Positions 24,035 through 37,026 are shown, counted from the whole stretch's first letter. The stretch: 63,397 nucleotides of DNA, filler included, from Octopus bimaculoides (GCF_001194135.2; 4 parts of 4 records of this genome joined end to end with filler, not necessarily neighbours in it); one strand, 5' to 3'. Numbers and translations: made by a program. The notes: generated by a model not told the origin, from the letters alone.

Positions 24035-24919
24035 CTGTCAAATGGAATAAGAATTTAAACTAAAACTAAAGTGGATTTGTACAAAAATTAGATCAATGTT
24101 CTACCTGTTATTTAACAAGTATAAAGATTTTACAAAGACATTTTAAAGAAATAAAAACCAAATATTACTTTAGGAAAAGTCAAAGGAAAATAAATTTGAT
24201 AGCAAATCAACTTTAAGGAAAAGAAAATACATGGTTACAACAAATTTTTGTGAGAGCCAAAAGAAAATGTCCAAAACAGGTGCGGATTAGTACTTCAATG
24301 GAGGCATATCATTTTTTTGCTTAAAGTACATTTACAATATAGAGCACTGTTCACTTCAAAAGTCATTTGGTTAAAGAAAAAACATTTAGGTATGGCAAAG
24401 TTCCAGAAGGATTTCCTTCCGTCTTGAACTTGTTAAATTCAGGAGGAGGAGGAACTTTAGCAAAGATGTCACACAATTAGTAGCATCAGAAAGACCAGTG
24501 AATTTTGCAAGAGACAAGAAATCAGTGTGTTACTGAGAAATTGCTTACAAGCCAAATAGCTCTATTTTTGATTTAAAAAATGTAACAATATGACATTGAA
24601 CACTATATAGTGCATCTTAACCTACCATTTCCTATTCCATAAAATTTTTCATGCATGAGTTTTGATGCAACATGCAGATCTTTCAGTTTTTGTATAAAAT
24701 GTTACGATAGATATGTTTAGCATTTTTACATGATATGATGATTTCATATAAAAATGTAAGCATTGTTTACTCTAATGAAACTTTGAATTCTGTTTTGATT
24801 TTGCTAAGCTTTTAATATTTGGGGGTAATTGGTGAGAAAACTGATAATTTTTCAAATCTGAATCAATTGTGATCTCATTTTTACTTTCTTAGCACTTTCT
24901 AGGAAATAATATCAACAGA

Positions 24920-25095
24920 AAAAATAACATCAGCAAAAAAGAATACTTTAGGAATGAGTACTCCATTAGTCAAAGGGTTGGGTTTGAAATTCCACCAAAA
25001 CACCTGATGAAGGTTGTAGAGTACATCAGCTGAAATGTGGTAACAACAAACAAGGTGAGGACACCTATCCATCCATTGGATGTAAGCCTGGAAAT
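24920..25095 (+). mobile_element. Non-autonomous hammerhead-bearing repeat, decayed copy
   Basis: Homologous to 40165-40310. CTGATGA at 25004-25010, stem GGTTG/CAGCT, GAAAT at 25032. Confidence 0.65.
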
Positions 25096-26517
25096 GTTCA
25101 TAAAGAGCAAACAATGACAACTCTGTAGCACCAGAGAATCAATTATTAACTGAAAAGCAAAAATCTGCAGCAGACCATCGTGGCTGCCACCTCATGTTCA
25201 AACAAGTATCAAATGTGTGCTGAATAATATGAACAGGTGTACAACATGCCACTTTTCATGCATGCATTATAAGTTGGTCATCCCTGACCTAACCTTTTTA
25301 ATAAGTATGATAGTTTTAACTGTTACTTATGCTACTGAAGCATTTTCTTGAGATGTGTGATAACCGTATCTTGATGATATTGAATGAGACTAGGTTGTCA
25401 AATCCATCATTGAAAGAAATTTTTGAGAATCACTGTTCACAAAGGACATACATCTGGAGGTTTACTGAGGTTTTCCCACATATATATATATGCATGTGCA
25501 CATATGTGAAGTTTGAGATGGCAATCAGTCAATGTAAAGAAAAAGAGTTGTGAGATAATTAAACTTTAAGAGTGGCCCAAATTCAAGTGAGGTTTGCTGT
25601 GTTGCACCAACATGATACAAAGTTTGTGATCAAAGATAAGTAAAGTCCATATGGAGGAAGCTTACAAGGTTTTTCAGCCATAGTCTATTCAGTTTTGATG
25701 ATGTTAAGAGTAATACTAAAAATGATGAGATATGAAGCAGTAAAGGTGGTTCCCATCATAATTGCTTCCATTACCCAAGAACTATTGATGGTACAGAACA
25801 ATAGCTGGCAGGGTTAGCAATTTCTTAGGTGCAGGAGATAGTCACACATTTCTGCATCAAAGTGAATATCTTAAGAAAGAAAAAAGTGAAAAGATTTGTT
25901 AAATAGAAGGGAGCACCCAAGCTGGAACACTGTCTTAAATGGTTGCTTAATTATTTAAGGCTAAGGGACCAATGAAACTTATGCACCTAGTGGTAAAGAG
26001 ATTTGGCCAAAGAAGAAAGACTTGCAAAGACTTGTTTGTGCAGCGTGAAACTGGTGACAAAATGAGAAGCAAACATAGTGACTTTGTCAGCAGGAATAAA
26101 TGGGTAAATTCTTTGACAACATTCAAGATTCTTTTGGCAAGAGGCTACTAAGAAAGTCTGGCTATATTTGGAAAAAAACAACAGAAAAGGCAGACTGTTC
26201 AATGTGCAAAACCATCTATTTGCCTAAAGGTAACTGCAGATCTGCTCCACATAGGGTATGCTGTACTTTTATTTGCTTGCAGAGCTACTTATGAATTATT
26301 CAAAGATTTCAAATGCACCTCAATTTGCCATTTCTGTTCTAAATTTAAGTAAAATATAAATTTGGCACTCTTTCCCTTCTATGTGAAACATAGCTAACTG
26401 TTGTTATAATCACCAGATAGTTATGACAAAAACTGATAAAGACAACACTCACAATAAGATAATTAGATTATGAAAGTCTAAAAAAATTTACAAACAAAAG
26501 TAATCAGTATAACTTAC

Positions 26518-26628
26518 CTTGACTTCAATATTTCCTACTTTATTTGTGGCACGAATAATTGGGTGCCCAACTAATGATGGAAATATATGGGAGGGGAAAT
26601 TGGAACCAGCATAGCCACATTTAACAAA
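26518..26628 (-). CDS. ACTR2: Arp2 exon 2 (111 bp; not in ORF track)
   Basis: [39 protein letters not shown] at 26630-26629, donor GTAAGT at 26517. Confidence 0.96.
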
Positions 26629-27146
26629 CTGAAATGAAGAGTATTGAAGATATAATTAAATGATGTGGAAGTAGTTATTTTCATTAGAAAATAAGAAAAA
26701 TTTTCTATTTTTATTTAGTTTAATACATTTCACAAGTTACATATATATTGCTCTACTAACTATTTTTCAAAATTTATGAAAAAAAAAAATGAAGAAAAAT
26801 GTAAATTTTTTTAGATAAAGATTATATTTTGTTTGTTTTACCATGTAGAAAAAAATATTGCTTCTTTTTAACAAGCTTGTTTTCTAACATTCAACAATAA
26901 TTAAAAATGGTTTAAACTGCCGACATGGGTAAATCAGTGGTTCCCAAAGTGGGCAGTGGAGAGATCCAGAGAGGTGTTGAAGAAAAATGGGGTGATTATG
27001 GGGGTGACCAAAAGAGAGAAATGTATGGCCAATATTTCATCATCTCTATTTTTCAATGGTACACTCAGGTTTAGAAAATAGGGTTTAAAATTATGTTGGT
27101 AGTGGGGCTAGGAATGTGGCTTAGGTGCCTAGGGGTTGGCATTCCA

Positions 27147-27305
27147 AAAAATACAACATACATGTGTATCTCAGCATCTGATATATCAGCATTCGCATGT
27201 GTTTCTGTTAGTGCTATGCATATTGCTTGATTACATGTAACTAAGTCTCTCAGGTATGGGGTTTTGTGGTGGTGTGATGTTACAAGGCCCCTGGCATTCA
27301 GCAAG
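27147..27305 (-). repeat. Inverted duplicate of 27889-28052
   Basis: Identical reverse complement except for a 6-nt indel (TCAAAG). Confidence 0.95.
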
Positions 27306-27879
27306 TATGGTTGTTTAGAATATTTAATCATTTACTATGGCTACATGATCCAGTGCTATCCATGTGGGTCACTCAATAAGATAAAGTAGTTTTATGAATC
27401 TGTAAGTGCAATATATATTGCTGGTGCCACATATCCAGCCCACTCTGTAAAGTGGTTGGCATTATGAAGGTCATCCAGTCATACAAACCATGCCATAACA
27501 GACCTTGGCAGTGCTGGTGCCACAAACATCACCTAGTCCAGTCTGTAAGCAGAATGGAACTTGGTGCACTCCTCTGGCTTACCAGTTCCTGTCAAACCAT
27601 TCAACTCATGCAAGCATAGAAGGTCACAAAACAATGTCTCCACTGCTCCTAAGAGCAAACAATATGCAGACGAAGTGCAGACAGCAGCTGCTGAACAGTT
27701 GTAGCTTTTGAAAAAGGTACAGAGGGTTGTAAGGCACCTGACCTGGCTTCATCAGACATTGAATCTGAGAAACATGTTCCAGCACTCAAGACCACTGAAA
27801 ACAAAAGATCCATGGTGGCCACTTCTGATGCTGTTACAAATGTCAGATCAGAAGCCACTACTAACACCCTCTACATCAC

Positions 27880-28380
27880 ATTAGTATTCTTGCTGAATGC
27901 CAGGGGCCTTGTAACATCACACCACCACAAAACCCCATACCTGAGAGACTTAGTTACATGTAATCAAGCAATATGCATAGCACTAACAGAAACACATGCG
28001 AATGCTGATATATCAGATGCTGAGATACACATGTCAAAGTATGTTGTATTTTGAACTGACAGAAGAGAAAGGACTCATGGTGGAGTTGCAATGTAGATGT
28101 CATGCCTGTAGTGCTACTGTCACACTCATATTCAGTTTCTGACACTGGTAGTACACATTAAACAGATGAAAATGGTAATATGTACTACATATTGCCCACC
28201 AGATGCTTGAAATCATGAAGACTCATTCAAAGAGAGCATCAAAATGATGGAAAAAGCAGTCACCAATATAGATGACAGCCTTCACATACTTCTTCTAAGG
28301 GACTTCAACCTCCCTAATGCTGAATGGCCTCAAAGCCGCCTTGTCTCAGGTATGTCACTGCAGGAACAGAAACAAGCAGA
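27880..28380 (+). mobile_element. LINE apurinic endonuclease remnant (CR1/L2-like)
   Basis: LLNARGL..IALTETH..AEI..YVVF*TDR..HGGVA..YCPP..RDFNLPNAEW. Confidence 0.75.
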
Positions 28381-28990
28381 GTGAAAGATAAAATGTTTTT
28401 ATAGGTTTTCAAATCACCGTTTTAAGATTTATTAAAACTTTACCAACGTACTGAAACAATAAGATAATGTCTTTCATTTTCTTCCATAGATGAATAGCCT
28501 GTCGTTATTGGGCAATTTTTACAATAGAATATCTTATATAAATTTCTGTTTATTCCACGTCAGACCATGCCTTCTCCAACAGATAGGCCTCTTGATCAGG
28601 ATGAATTTGTGCAATTTTTTGCAAAAAAATTCCTTGATGATCTTTTCCCTTTTTAAATTATTTACATGTTTGTTCGACTGTTTTCCATAACTTTATTCAT
28701 TAAAACTTATAAACTTTTTAAGTCTAAATTATTAATAATAATATACTGTATTCGCCGGCTTACTGGACACCCCTTTGCAGCTGAATCTCCCTCCGATTAG
28801 AATAACCATGCATCATGTCGCTTGATTGTTTTTTTTTAGATACAAGTACACTGTATTTTGTATCTTTTATTCCTGCTTTCAATCAAAGCTTGCTAATTAG
28901 TATAGCAACATATATTTCACAAATACACATTCTCTCTCCCTCTCTCGCAGTATTTGTCTCTCAACAAAAATCAACCTCTCATTGTAGTGA

Positions 28991-29059
<69 letters not shown>

Positions 29060-29479
29060 CATACACAGTGTATCACTCCAGTATTACTTGGGCTAGCGAT
29101 GACAGATCAAAGATACATACAACACGAGACTGGAAGTTAATTTTATACCAGCACTTTTTATTAAATCATTGCTACATTTGATCATACACATTGTTAATTT
29201 CAACAAGATAATTTTTGAAGTCAGTGTGCCAATATAGCCTCATTGAAATTAGGCTACTTGCCGGTCCCTTTCTCTCTCTCACTATTATAGTATAGATTAC
29301 TATATCTAGTGGTAATACGAACTAAAATTTTCAAAACCATGATTATTTTTAATTCTTGCTCAATTTCCCATTGGTGGTATGTGTATATTAGATGCAATGA
29401 AGATTTTTTTGTAGGTTTTCTTTTTTGTTTTGGAAAAACTGCATCCAATAGCTATCCTCAGTATTTTGTTGAGTGCTGT

Positions 29480-29867
29480 TTTTTGTGGCATGTTATTAAA
29501 GTCTTAAGATGCTGCCCAAACACCCTACACCTTCTAAGGCTTCTGGCAGTGAACCTAAGCACCAGAAAAAGGTTATGATGCTCCATGAGAAAGCACAACT
29601 GCTGGGTATGAGAAGGTAAAAGTTATGCTGCAGTAGGTTGCTATTATGTTGTCAACTAAAGCACCATATGCTACATAAAGAAGAATGAGGTGGCGATCAG
29701 GACTAACATAGCAGTAAGTTTCTGTGAAAGTGCCAAAAACATAACGATAGTCAGAAATAAGCACTTCGTGAGGATGGAATCTGCCTTAGCATTATGGATC
29801 AGTGACTGCAAGAAGAAAAACATCCCCTTGAGTGGTAACATCATCTGCAAGAAAGCACGGAAATTAT
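29480..29867 (+). mobile_element. Tigger/pogo transposase N-terminal fragment cut by a scaffold join
   Basis: ORF 29690-29923: RMESALALWISDCKKKNIPLSGNIICKKARKL (CENP-B HTH). Confidence 0.85.
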
Positions 29868-29967
29868 NNNNNNNNNNNNNNNNNNNNNNNNNNNNNNNNN
29901 NNNNNNNNNNNTTAATTAATTAANNNNNNNNNNNNNNNNNNNNNNNNNNNNNNNNNNNNNNNNNNNN
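29868..29967. other. Assembly spacer N44-TTAATTAATTAA-N44 (scaffold join)
   Basis: Exactly 44 N, the 12-mer at 29912-29923, then 44 N. Same structure at 55220 and 61252. Confidence 0.92.
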
Positions 29968-30650
29968 TATTTCGTCTGTTTGTAGTGTTTGTGTGGAGAA
30001 AGATTTTGCGTGCTCTTCAGTCTTGAAACGAAGTCCCACAGTGCCAAAAGATTTACCCCTGTTGATATATGATTTAAGGGACTAGAGCGGCCTCAAACAG
30101 CGTTCAATTTCTTGCTCAATCCTTTGAAATGCTCAATCCTTTTAGGTGTTTTATTGTGTACTTTATAAATGATTGTTTTTTTGTTTATGTCGTCTGATAT
30201 TTCTTTGGGTGTATGCAAAACAATTTTGTAGCCGACTGTTGACAAAAGAGTTTCTCCAAATTCCAGTTCTGATTGCGTTAATGTAATGGTTTTCGTTGCC
30301 GTTTTCAGAAAACTGGCAAAATTGTTCATTGTGGTGTCGGTGTTGACGGCCGGTGACCTGTTGTTGTTGTTGTTGTTGTTGTTGCTGCTGCTGCTGCTGG
30401 TATTGGTGGTAGCAGTGGTAGTCTCGGTGGTGTTGGTGGTGGTGACAGGGCTGTTAACAGTCGTAGTAACCATGACAGCGTTTACTTTAAGGTCTGTAAC
30501 ATTTGTTGATTCATTTGTTCTTTCTGCTGTTGATTTGGTGTGTGTGCACGTACATGACCTACTTTTTCGTTCTCCTAGTGTTTCAAGTCTAGGAAAATGA
30601 TCTTCCAAAAAACATTCCGACCAGCGTTCTACTACAACATTTCTCGACAT
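29968..30650 (-). mobile_element. Probable LINE ORF1-like remnant with a Thr/Ser/Asn low-complexity tract
   Basis: ORF 30093-30650 continues after a frameshift into RGKSFGTVGLRFKTEEHAK, which is RRM-like by eye. Confidence 0.35.
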
Positions 30651-30943
30651 TTTTCAATGTCGGGAAGAAAATATATATATTTAAAAGAGGTTGAAACTGC
30701 CCTTAAGGGCCAATTCCTACCTCGAAAACACAATAAAAAGAAAGTTGGGTGCTTCACACACCTTATATACAAAAATGATAACAATATGTGGGGAATAAAA
30801 GGTCAAATAAAGGTTTACCTCTGCAGCCGATGTGACAGCACGTNNNNNNNNNNNNNNNNNNNNNNNNNNNNNNNNNNNNNNNNNNNNNNNNNNNNNNNNN
30901 NNNNNNNNNNNNNNNNNNNNNNNNNNNNNNNNNNNNNNNNNNN

Positions 30944-31466
30944 AAAATTTTAAGCGTCGTAGACATTGGCTCGGTGTAGGGGAAAGGTCTAACCACAGCC
31001 GAAAAGGGAACGCCATGCGAAGAAGGTTGGGATTGCAAAGGAGTCATCCATTTTGTTTTGCTACCAACTGATGCAACAATCAATGCTCAAATCTACTGTC
31101 AGCAATTAGAGCGTTTGAACGCTGCTTTGAAGAGAAAAATGTCTGCTTCAGTAAATCGAAAGGGAGTGGTGTTTCATTAGGACACTGCAAGACCGCACAC
31201 TGCAAAGATCACGACGCAGAAGATCGAGGAATTTGGCTGGGAGAAAATTGCTCATCCGCCTTATTCCCTAGACCTTTCTCCTACAGATTATCATTCATTC
31301 CGTAGTTTACAGAATTGGATTATCTCTCGAAAGGATTGAAGAAGTCGAAACTGACCTTTCGCTGTTCTTCTCTTCGAAAACGAGAGAGTTTTTCACTAAT
31401 GAGGTTTAAAAGCATACGAGTATATATGGAATGATATCATAGATAATCATGGAAACTATATTGACG
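30944..31466 (+). mobile_element. mariner transposase C-terminal remnant
   Basis: VVFH*DTARPHTAKITTQKIEEFGWEKIAHPPYSLDLSPTDYH. Confidence 0.85.
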
Positions 31467-32948
31467 NNNNNNNNNNNNNNNNNNNNNNNNNNNNNNNNNN
31501 NNNNNNNNNNNNNNNNNNNNNNNNNNNNNNNNNNNNNNNNNNNNNNNNNNNNNNNNNNNNNNNNNNNNNNNNNNNNNNNNNNNNNNNNNNNNNNNNNNNN
31601 NNNNNNNNNNNNNNNNNNNNNNNNNNNNNNNNNNNNNNNNNNNNNNNNNNTCATTTCCTTATTCAAAATCTGGATATCATTTATGGTTTGACCTGATGTG
31701 TGTGTATGTGTGTGTGCATGTGTGTGTCTGTGTGATTGTGTCTGCGTGTGTGTGTGTGTGTGTTTGCGTGTACTTTTTAATAAAGACTAAAATTATAAGG
31801 CACAAAAGAAAATTACTCTCCCCAGATACAGCATATTACTCTCTTCTTTATTCGAGTACTTGTGTGTGCGTATGCGCGCGCGTGTGTGTGTGCGTGCGTG
31901 TGCATGTGTTTTGTGTGTGCGCCTGTACGCGTGTGGGGAGTATGAATCTATGTAAGTGTCCTATTCCAATACCTTATATATTCACTGAGGTATATTATGT
32001 CACAGGACTTTTCTTGACCATTATAAACTTAGCGGGACTGTCTACTTTTCATTCCCATCACGACCACTTTTATCCGGAACAAAGAAAGACAAATGCCGAG
32101 AAGAAACCACTCCAGTACAAAACTAATATTTCTTTATCAATCACATAAAAAAATGAGAGGCAAATTTGGCTTACGGCTGTCACAAAACATATCTTAACGG
32201 GAAGAAATATTGTATTCCGTTCTATTCGATGACTCAAAGAATCTTACAAATTTCCTATCTACACACGCACACAAACTCATATATAGATATATCTGTGCGT
32301 GTCTGTGTAAGTGTGTGTGTATGCGTGTGCGCGTGTGTATGTATGTATGTATGTGTGTGTGTGTGGTATGAGTATGTGAACGCGTGTATGTAAATTAATG
32401 TGTTGATTTAAAAATGATAGGATGTAATTTGAGACATGTTTGGCCACTAGTTCTACCAGACTAAGAGATAGTGCAGAGATTCCACTTCCCTCACTTTCAT
32501 TGCAATACAACCTCGTGGTTTTTTCCACAGACGGAGAATTGTCAGTGAGGGAAACGCCTTCTTGAATATACAGAGGAAGAGATTATATTTATAATTGAAG
32601 ATATACTCATTTTAATACAACGTTATTAATATGCAAGAAGAAATTTATTTAAGTCCGGCATTTAAAACATTAATTTGATGAGAGAAAAATAAATTATTTC
32701 TCTCACACGGAGAATTTTTGTGGAGGTCATGATACACAATATCAAATTTGGTAAAAAGAACTAGATGTACTAAATATCTTATTGGTTTTATTTCCGAAAT
32801 ATTCAGGCGTTCTACACTCTCAAATTTAGCAAATTGGCAAACATATATGATAAGAATTAGTTTCATTGATAATGATCTAAATAAACACCGGAAGCAGGAT
32901 TTGAACCGCGTGTGAGTGTGCGTGCGAGTGTATGTGTATAGCTATATA

Positions 32949-33010
<62 letters not shown>

Positions 33011-33033
33011 NNNNNNNNNNNNNNNNNNNNNNN

Positions 33034-33064
<31 letters not shown>

Positions 33065-33096
33065 GGGGGTGTATATATATATATATACACACACAC

Positions 33097-33765
33097 ACAG
33101 GGTGCAATGGATAAATTGTCGTCATTTTATATTTATCATTTCATGCTTGCGCATTGTTTTTGATTTTGTCGACTACATAGAATAGCAGGGTCACGTGCGG
33201 GAACCGTCTGTGAGAAAAACAGCACAATGACGCAATTCACTCTGCTAGTTGTACTACTTGGCATTCACGCCAGAAGCGCCAAAACGAACATTTCAGAGTT
33301 TTGGGATGGCAATCTGCGGACAGTGCAATCTGAAGACAGACATGTACCGAGAGTGATAAAAATCAAACATCCAGTCAACATCATGGAGTTTGGAGTGATC
33401 ACTAGTGATGGTGACGTTATGCTTCCACGGCCTCAGATACAACATGGAGACCTACGTCAAGTGCCTGGAGGAGTTAGTGCTATCCTGGGTCAAGAAGGTT
33501 ACTACTGGAAAACACGTCAGGCAACAGGACTCTGTACCATGCCGCACAAGCAGGAGAACCCAGTCATGTCTGTCAGACAATTTCTCCGACCACATCACCC
33601 GTAACATCTGGCCACCTAACTCCTCAGACTGCAACCTGCTTGATTATTTTGTGTGGGGCTCAGTTGAACGAGACACCAACAAAACTTATAACATCAAAGA
33701 TGAACTGAAGGCAAGGATTATGGCAGCATTCACCAACTTAAACAAGGAAATCGTCTAAAAGAGCT
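33097..33765 (+). mobile_element. Tc1/mariner (maT/DD37D-like) remnant
   Basis: KHPVNIMEFGVITSDG..QQDSVPC..WPPNSSDCNLLDYFVWG. TIR-like CAGGGTGCAATGGATAAATTGTC near 33097. Confidence 0.8.
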
Positions 33766-34126
33766 NNNNNNNNNNNNNNNNNNNNNNNNNNNNNNNNNNN
33801 NNNNNNNNNNNNNNNNNNNNNNNNNNNNNNNNNNNNNNNNNNNNNNNNNNNNNNNNNNNNNNNNNNNNNNNNNNNNNNNNNNNNNNNNNNNNNNNNNNNN
33901 NNNNNNNNNNNNNNNNNNNNNNNNNNNNNNNNNNNNNNNNNNNNNNNNNNNNNNNNNNNNNNNNNNNNNNNNNNNNNNNNNNNNNNNNNNNNNNNNNNNN
34001 NNNNNNNNNNNNNNNNNNNNNNNNNNNNNNNNNNNNNNNNNNNNNNNNNNNNNNNNNNNNNNNNNNNNNNNNNNNNNNNNNNNNNNNNNNNNNNNNNNNN
34101 NNNNNNNNNNNNNNNNNNNNNNNNNN

Positions 34127-34160
<34 letters not shown>

Positions 34161-34574
34161 ATGCAAACAGAAAGAAAGCAAAGACCGAAAATTTTCAGAC
34201 GAAAAAATATAAATGTATAGATGTTTATATTTTAATAGATCTAACTTACACAGAGTGTACATACGGCAGAGAACATTATAGCTAGGGGTGGGGAGTAAGG
34301 TGTTTGAAAAATTCTGATGATCGAGGCTCGATTTATCCAATCTTTATTTGCTTACATTTCTGGTTGCATATCTTGGTGAACTACATCTACCAACATTAGA
34401 GACACCAGAAACAGCTGTTGAACATATAACACCTTTCTTCCACCACTTTAATTTTCTCTGTCGTTTGTACTGCGTTTATGTTTGAACAATTAATATATGA
34501 ATATCTATATATTTACACTTAAATAATCGTCATCACGAAATCTTCAGTCTTTGCTTTCTTTCTGTTTACAAATG

Positions 34575-34610
<36 letters not shown>

Positions 34611-34630
34611 TAGCTAGCTAGCTAGCTAGC

Positions 34631-34698
<68 letters not shown>

Positions 34699-34954
34699 CA
34701 GATAGGTATACTGTATATCAAACCCCCAGTGGTTATATTCAGTTTCTTTATCCGCATAACTAACACCATATCTACTCACTTGGATTCCTCTTATAGTCAC
34801 TCTTTACCTTGCAGAATTGGTCCCGCGTAAAAACCTCGGAGTCTAAGCTCAAGTCATTTGAGGTTACCAAGAGTTCTCTATACCGATAATATCTGTATCT
34901 CATCTGTCTACTGTATGTATATATATACGTGTGTGTGTGTGTGTNNNNNNNNNN

Positions 34955-35000
<46 letters not shown>

Positions 35001-35173
35001 GTATATATATATATATATATACATAAGTACATATATATGGTGAGAGATAGTAAGAGAGGCGGAAAGAGGGAGGGGGAAACTGACAGACAAAGCGAAGAAA
35101 GAGAGAAGCATATGAATATATCTTCTATATAAAACAAACAGAACAAACGGTTTATTCTTACATGCTTCAAAAG

Positions 35174-35179
35174 TTTATT
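35174..35179 (-). terminator. Polyadenylation signal of the galaxin-like gene
   Basis: AATAAA about 30 nt downstream of the TGA at 35210-35208. Confidence 0.55.
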
Positions 35180-35207
35180 TTTTCATATCAATTACCAATC
35201 AGTGAAA

Positions 35208-35731
35208 TCAGTGGTGATGATGATGACTTGTCTGCCACCATGGGAGAAGATTCGGTCGTGAATATACTTGTTTGTTGAAACAGTTGTTAGTACGCGTGTC
35301 GAAGATTGAAGTTCCACAACAAGCATACGTGTTTGGTATAAGATTACTTCCTGTTGGAAAAGTATCAGAAATTGTTTTTATAGCACCATTACAGCAAAGT
35401 TGCGTAGCCTTATTCATTCTAGCTGTACCGCAACAAACATCATATATTGATACTCTTGCCATGGCTGCTCCACCACAACATACATTATTCACTCTGGGAA
35501 GAGGTCCATTAATACAACACTCTTGAGTGGATATATCTATACCTACCGCATTGCAACATCCATTTACAGTTTGTGATTTAGCAATGAGTGCACCGCTGCA
35601 ACATACTTTAGCATCTCTGTCAAATACTGCATCTCCACAACAAGCAGGATACTTCAAACCAAGTGTAGAGCCTACTTGCGTACCGCAGCAAATGTTATTC
35701 TCACCATAGTACGGTTGGCCATTGCAATAAT
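35208..35731 (-). CDS. Terminal exon of a secreted di-cysteine-repeat (galaxin-like) protein, intact
   Basis: Phase-1 acceptor TTTTTAG at 35733-35732, 524 bp open frame: (x)YCNGQPYYGENNICC...NNCFNKQVYSRPNLLPWWQTSHHHHH*. Nine CC pairs plus two single Cys. Confidence 0.9.
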
Positions 35732-35919
35732 CTAAAAATGAATCAAATATTAAAAATCAATTTAATTTAAATATTGAATACAGATGACAATGCATGAATA
35801 CATATAAATTATCACTATTATTACACATGAATATAAAAAATATAGAATATACATGATTACAGACACATAAATATTTTAAAAAGTATTACTATTATAGACA
35901 CATTTTAGAGAGCGGTAAT

Positions 35920-36092
35920 TAGTGACTACATCGACCCCAGTGATTGAATTGTATGTATTTTATCGACACCGAAAGGATAAAAGAGAAAGTCGACCTTAAC
36001 AAAAAAGAATTTGAAACTAGATTGCATAAACTGAGGAAACGTCACTGAGCATTTTGACCGGCTTCCTAATGATTCTGCTAGAATGCTGCCTT
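35920..36092 (-). mobile_element. SINE (second octopus family), decayed
   Basis: Homologous to 54851-55050 and 62950-63112 (GTCGAC..CTTTCGG..GTCGATAAA). Confidence 0.65.
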
Positions 36093-36132
36093 TTTGAATA
36101 CAATACTGTCATTCATTAATATATGCGTATAT

Positions 36133-36174
<42 letters not shown>

Positions 36175-36194
36175 TTATATACACATATATATAA

Positions 36195-36355
36195 CTTGGC
36201 GTGGCTGTGTAGTAAGAAGCTTGTTTTCCAATAGCACAATTCCGGGTTTAGTCTCAGAACGTGGCGCCTTGGGGAAAATGTATCTTCTATAGCCTCGGGC
36301 TGGCCAAAACCTAGCGAGTGGATTTAGTACACGGAAACAGAAAGAAGCCTGTAGT
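36195..36355 (+). mobile_element. tRNA-derived SINE head
   Basis: GGCGTGGCTGTGTAGTAAGAAGCTTG..GGGTTTAGTCTC..GTGGATTT..GGAAAC. Confidence 0.75.
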
Positions 36356-36985
36356 ATATATATATATATATATGTATATANNNNNNNNNNNNNNNNNNNN
36401 NNNNNNNNNNNNNNNNNNNNNNNNNNNNNNNNNNNNNNNNNNNNNNNNNNNNNNNNNNNNNNNNNNNNNNNNNNNNNNNNNNNNNNNNNNNNNNNNNNNN
36501 NNNNNNNNNNNNNNNNNNNNNNNNNNNNNNNNNNNNNNNNNNNNNNNNNNNNNNNNNNNNNNNNNNNNNNNNNNNNNNNNNNNNNNNNNNNNNNNNNNNN
36601 NNNNNNNNNNNNNNNNNNNNNNNNNNNNNNNNNNNNNNNNNNNNNNNNNNNNNNNNNNNNNNNNNNNNNNNNNNNNNNNNNNNNNNNNNNNNNNNNNNNN
36701 NNNNNNNNNNNNNNNNNNNNNNNNNNNNNNNNNNNNNNNNNNNNNNNNNNNNNNNNNNNNNNNNNNNNNNNNNNNNNNNNNNNNNNNNNNNNNNNNNNNN
36801 NNNNNNNNNNNNNNNNNNNNNNNNNNNNNNNNNNNNNNNNNNNNNNNNNNNNNNNNNNNNNNNNNNNNNNNNNNNNNNNNNNNNNNNNNNNNNNNNNNNN
36901 NNNNNNNNNNNNNNNNNNNNNNNNNNNNNNNNNNNNNNNNNNNNNNNNNNNNNNNNNNNNNNNNNNNNNNNNNNNNNNNNNNNNN

Positions 36986-37026
<41 letters not shown>

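Noticed and set aside
28452-28487. Phase-0 mini-exon MEENERHYLIVS with a GTACGT donor as an alternative Arp2 exon 1
   Set aside because: It lacks the essential DNGTG loop and has no similarity to the Arp2 N-terminus; a chance match is likely.
28741-28810. CpG-rich segment tested as a snRNA or a small exon (MMHGYSNRREIQLQRGVQ)
   Set aside because: It matches no snRNA I can recall and the frame ends in a stop. TACTGTATTCGCCGGCTTAC looks more like a pogo-type terminal repeat, but no partner end was found.
34356-34470. Minus-strand segment ending in a strong GTAAGC donor; one frame reads GRKVLYV, like the Arp2 start
   Set aside because: There is no Met and no CDNGTG, and no frame gives a recognisable protein.
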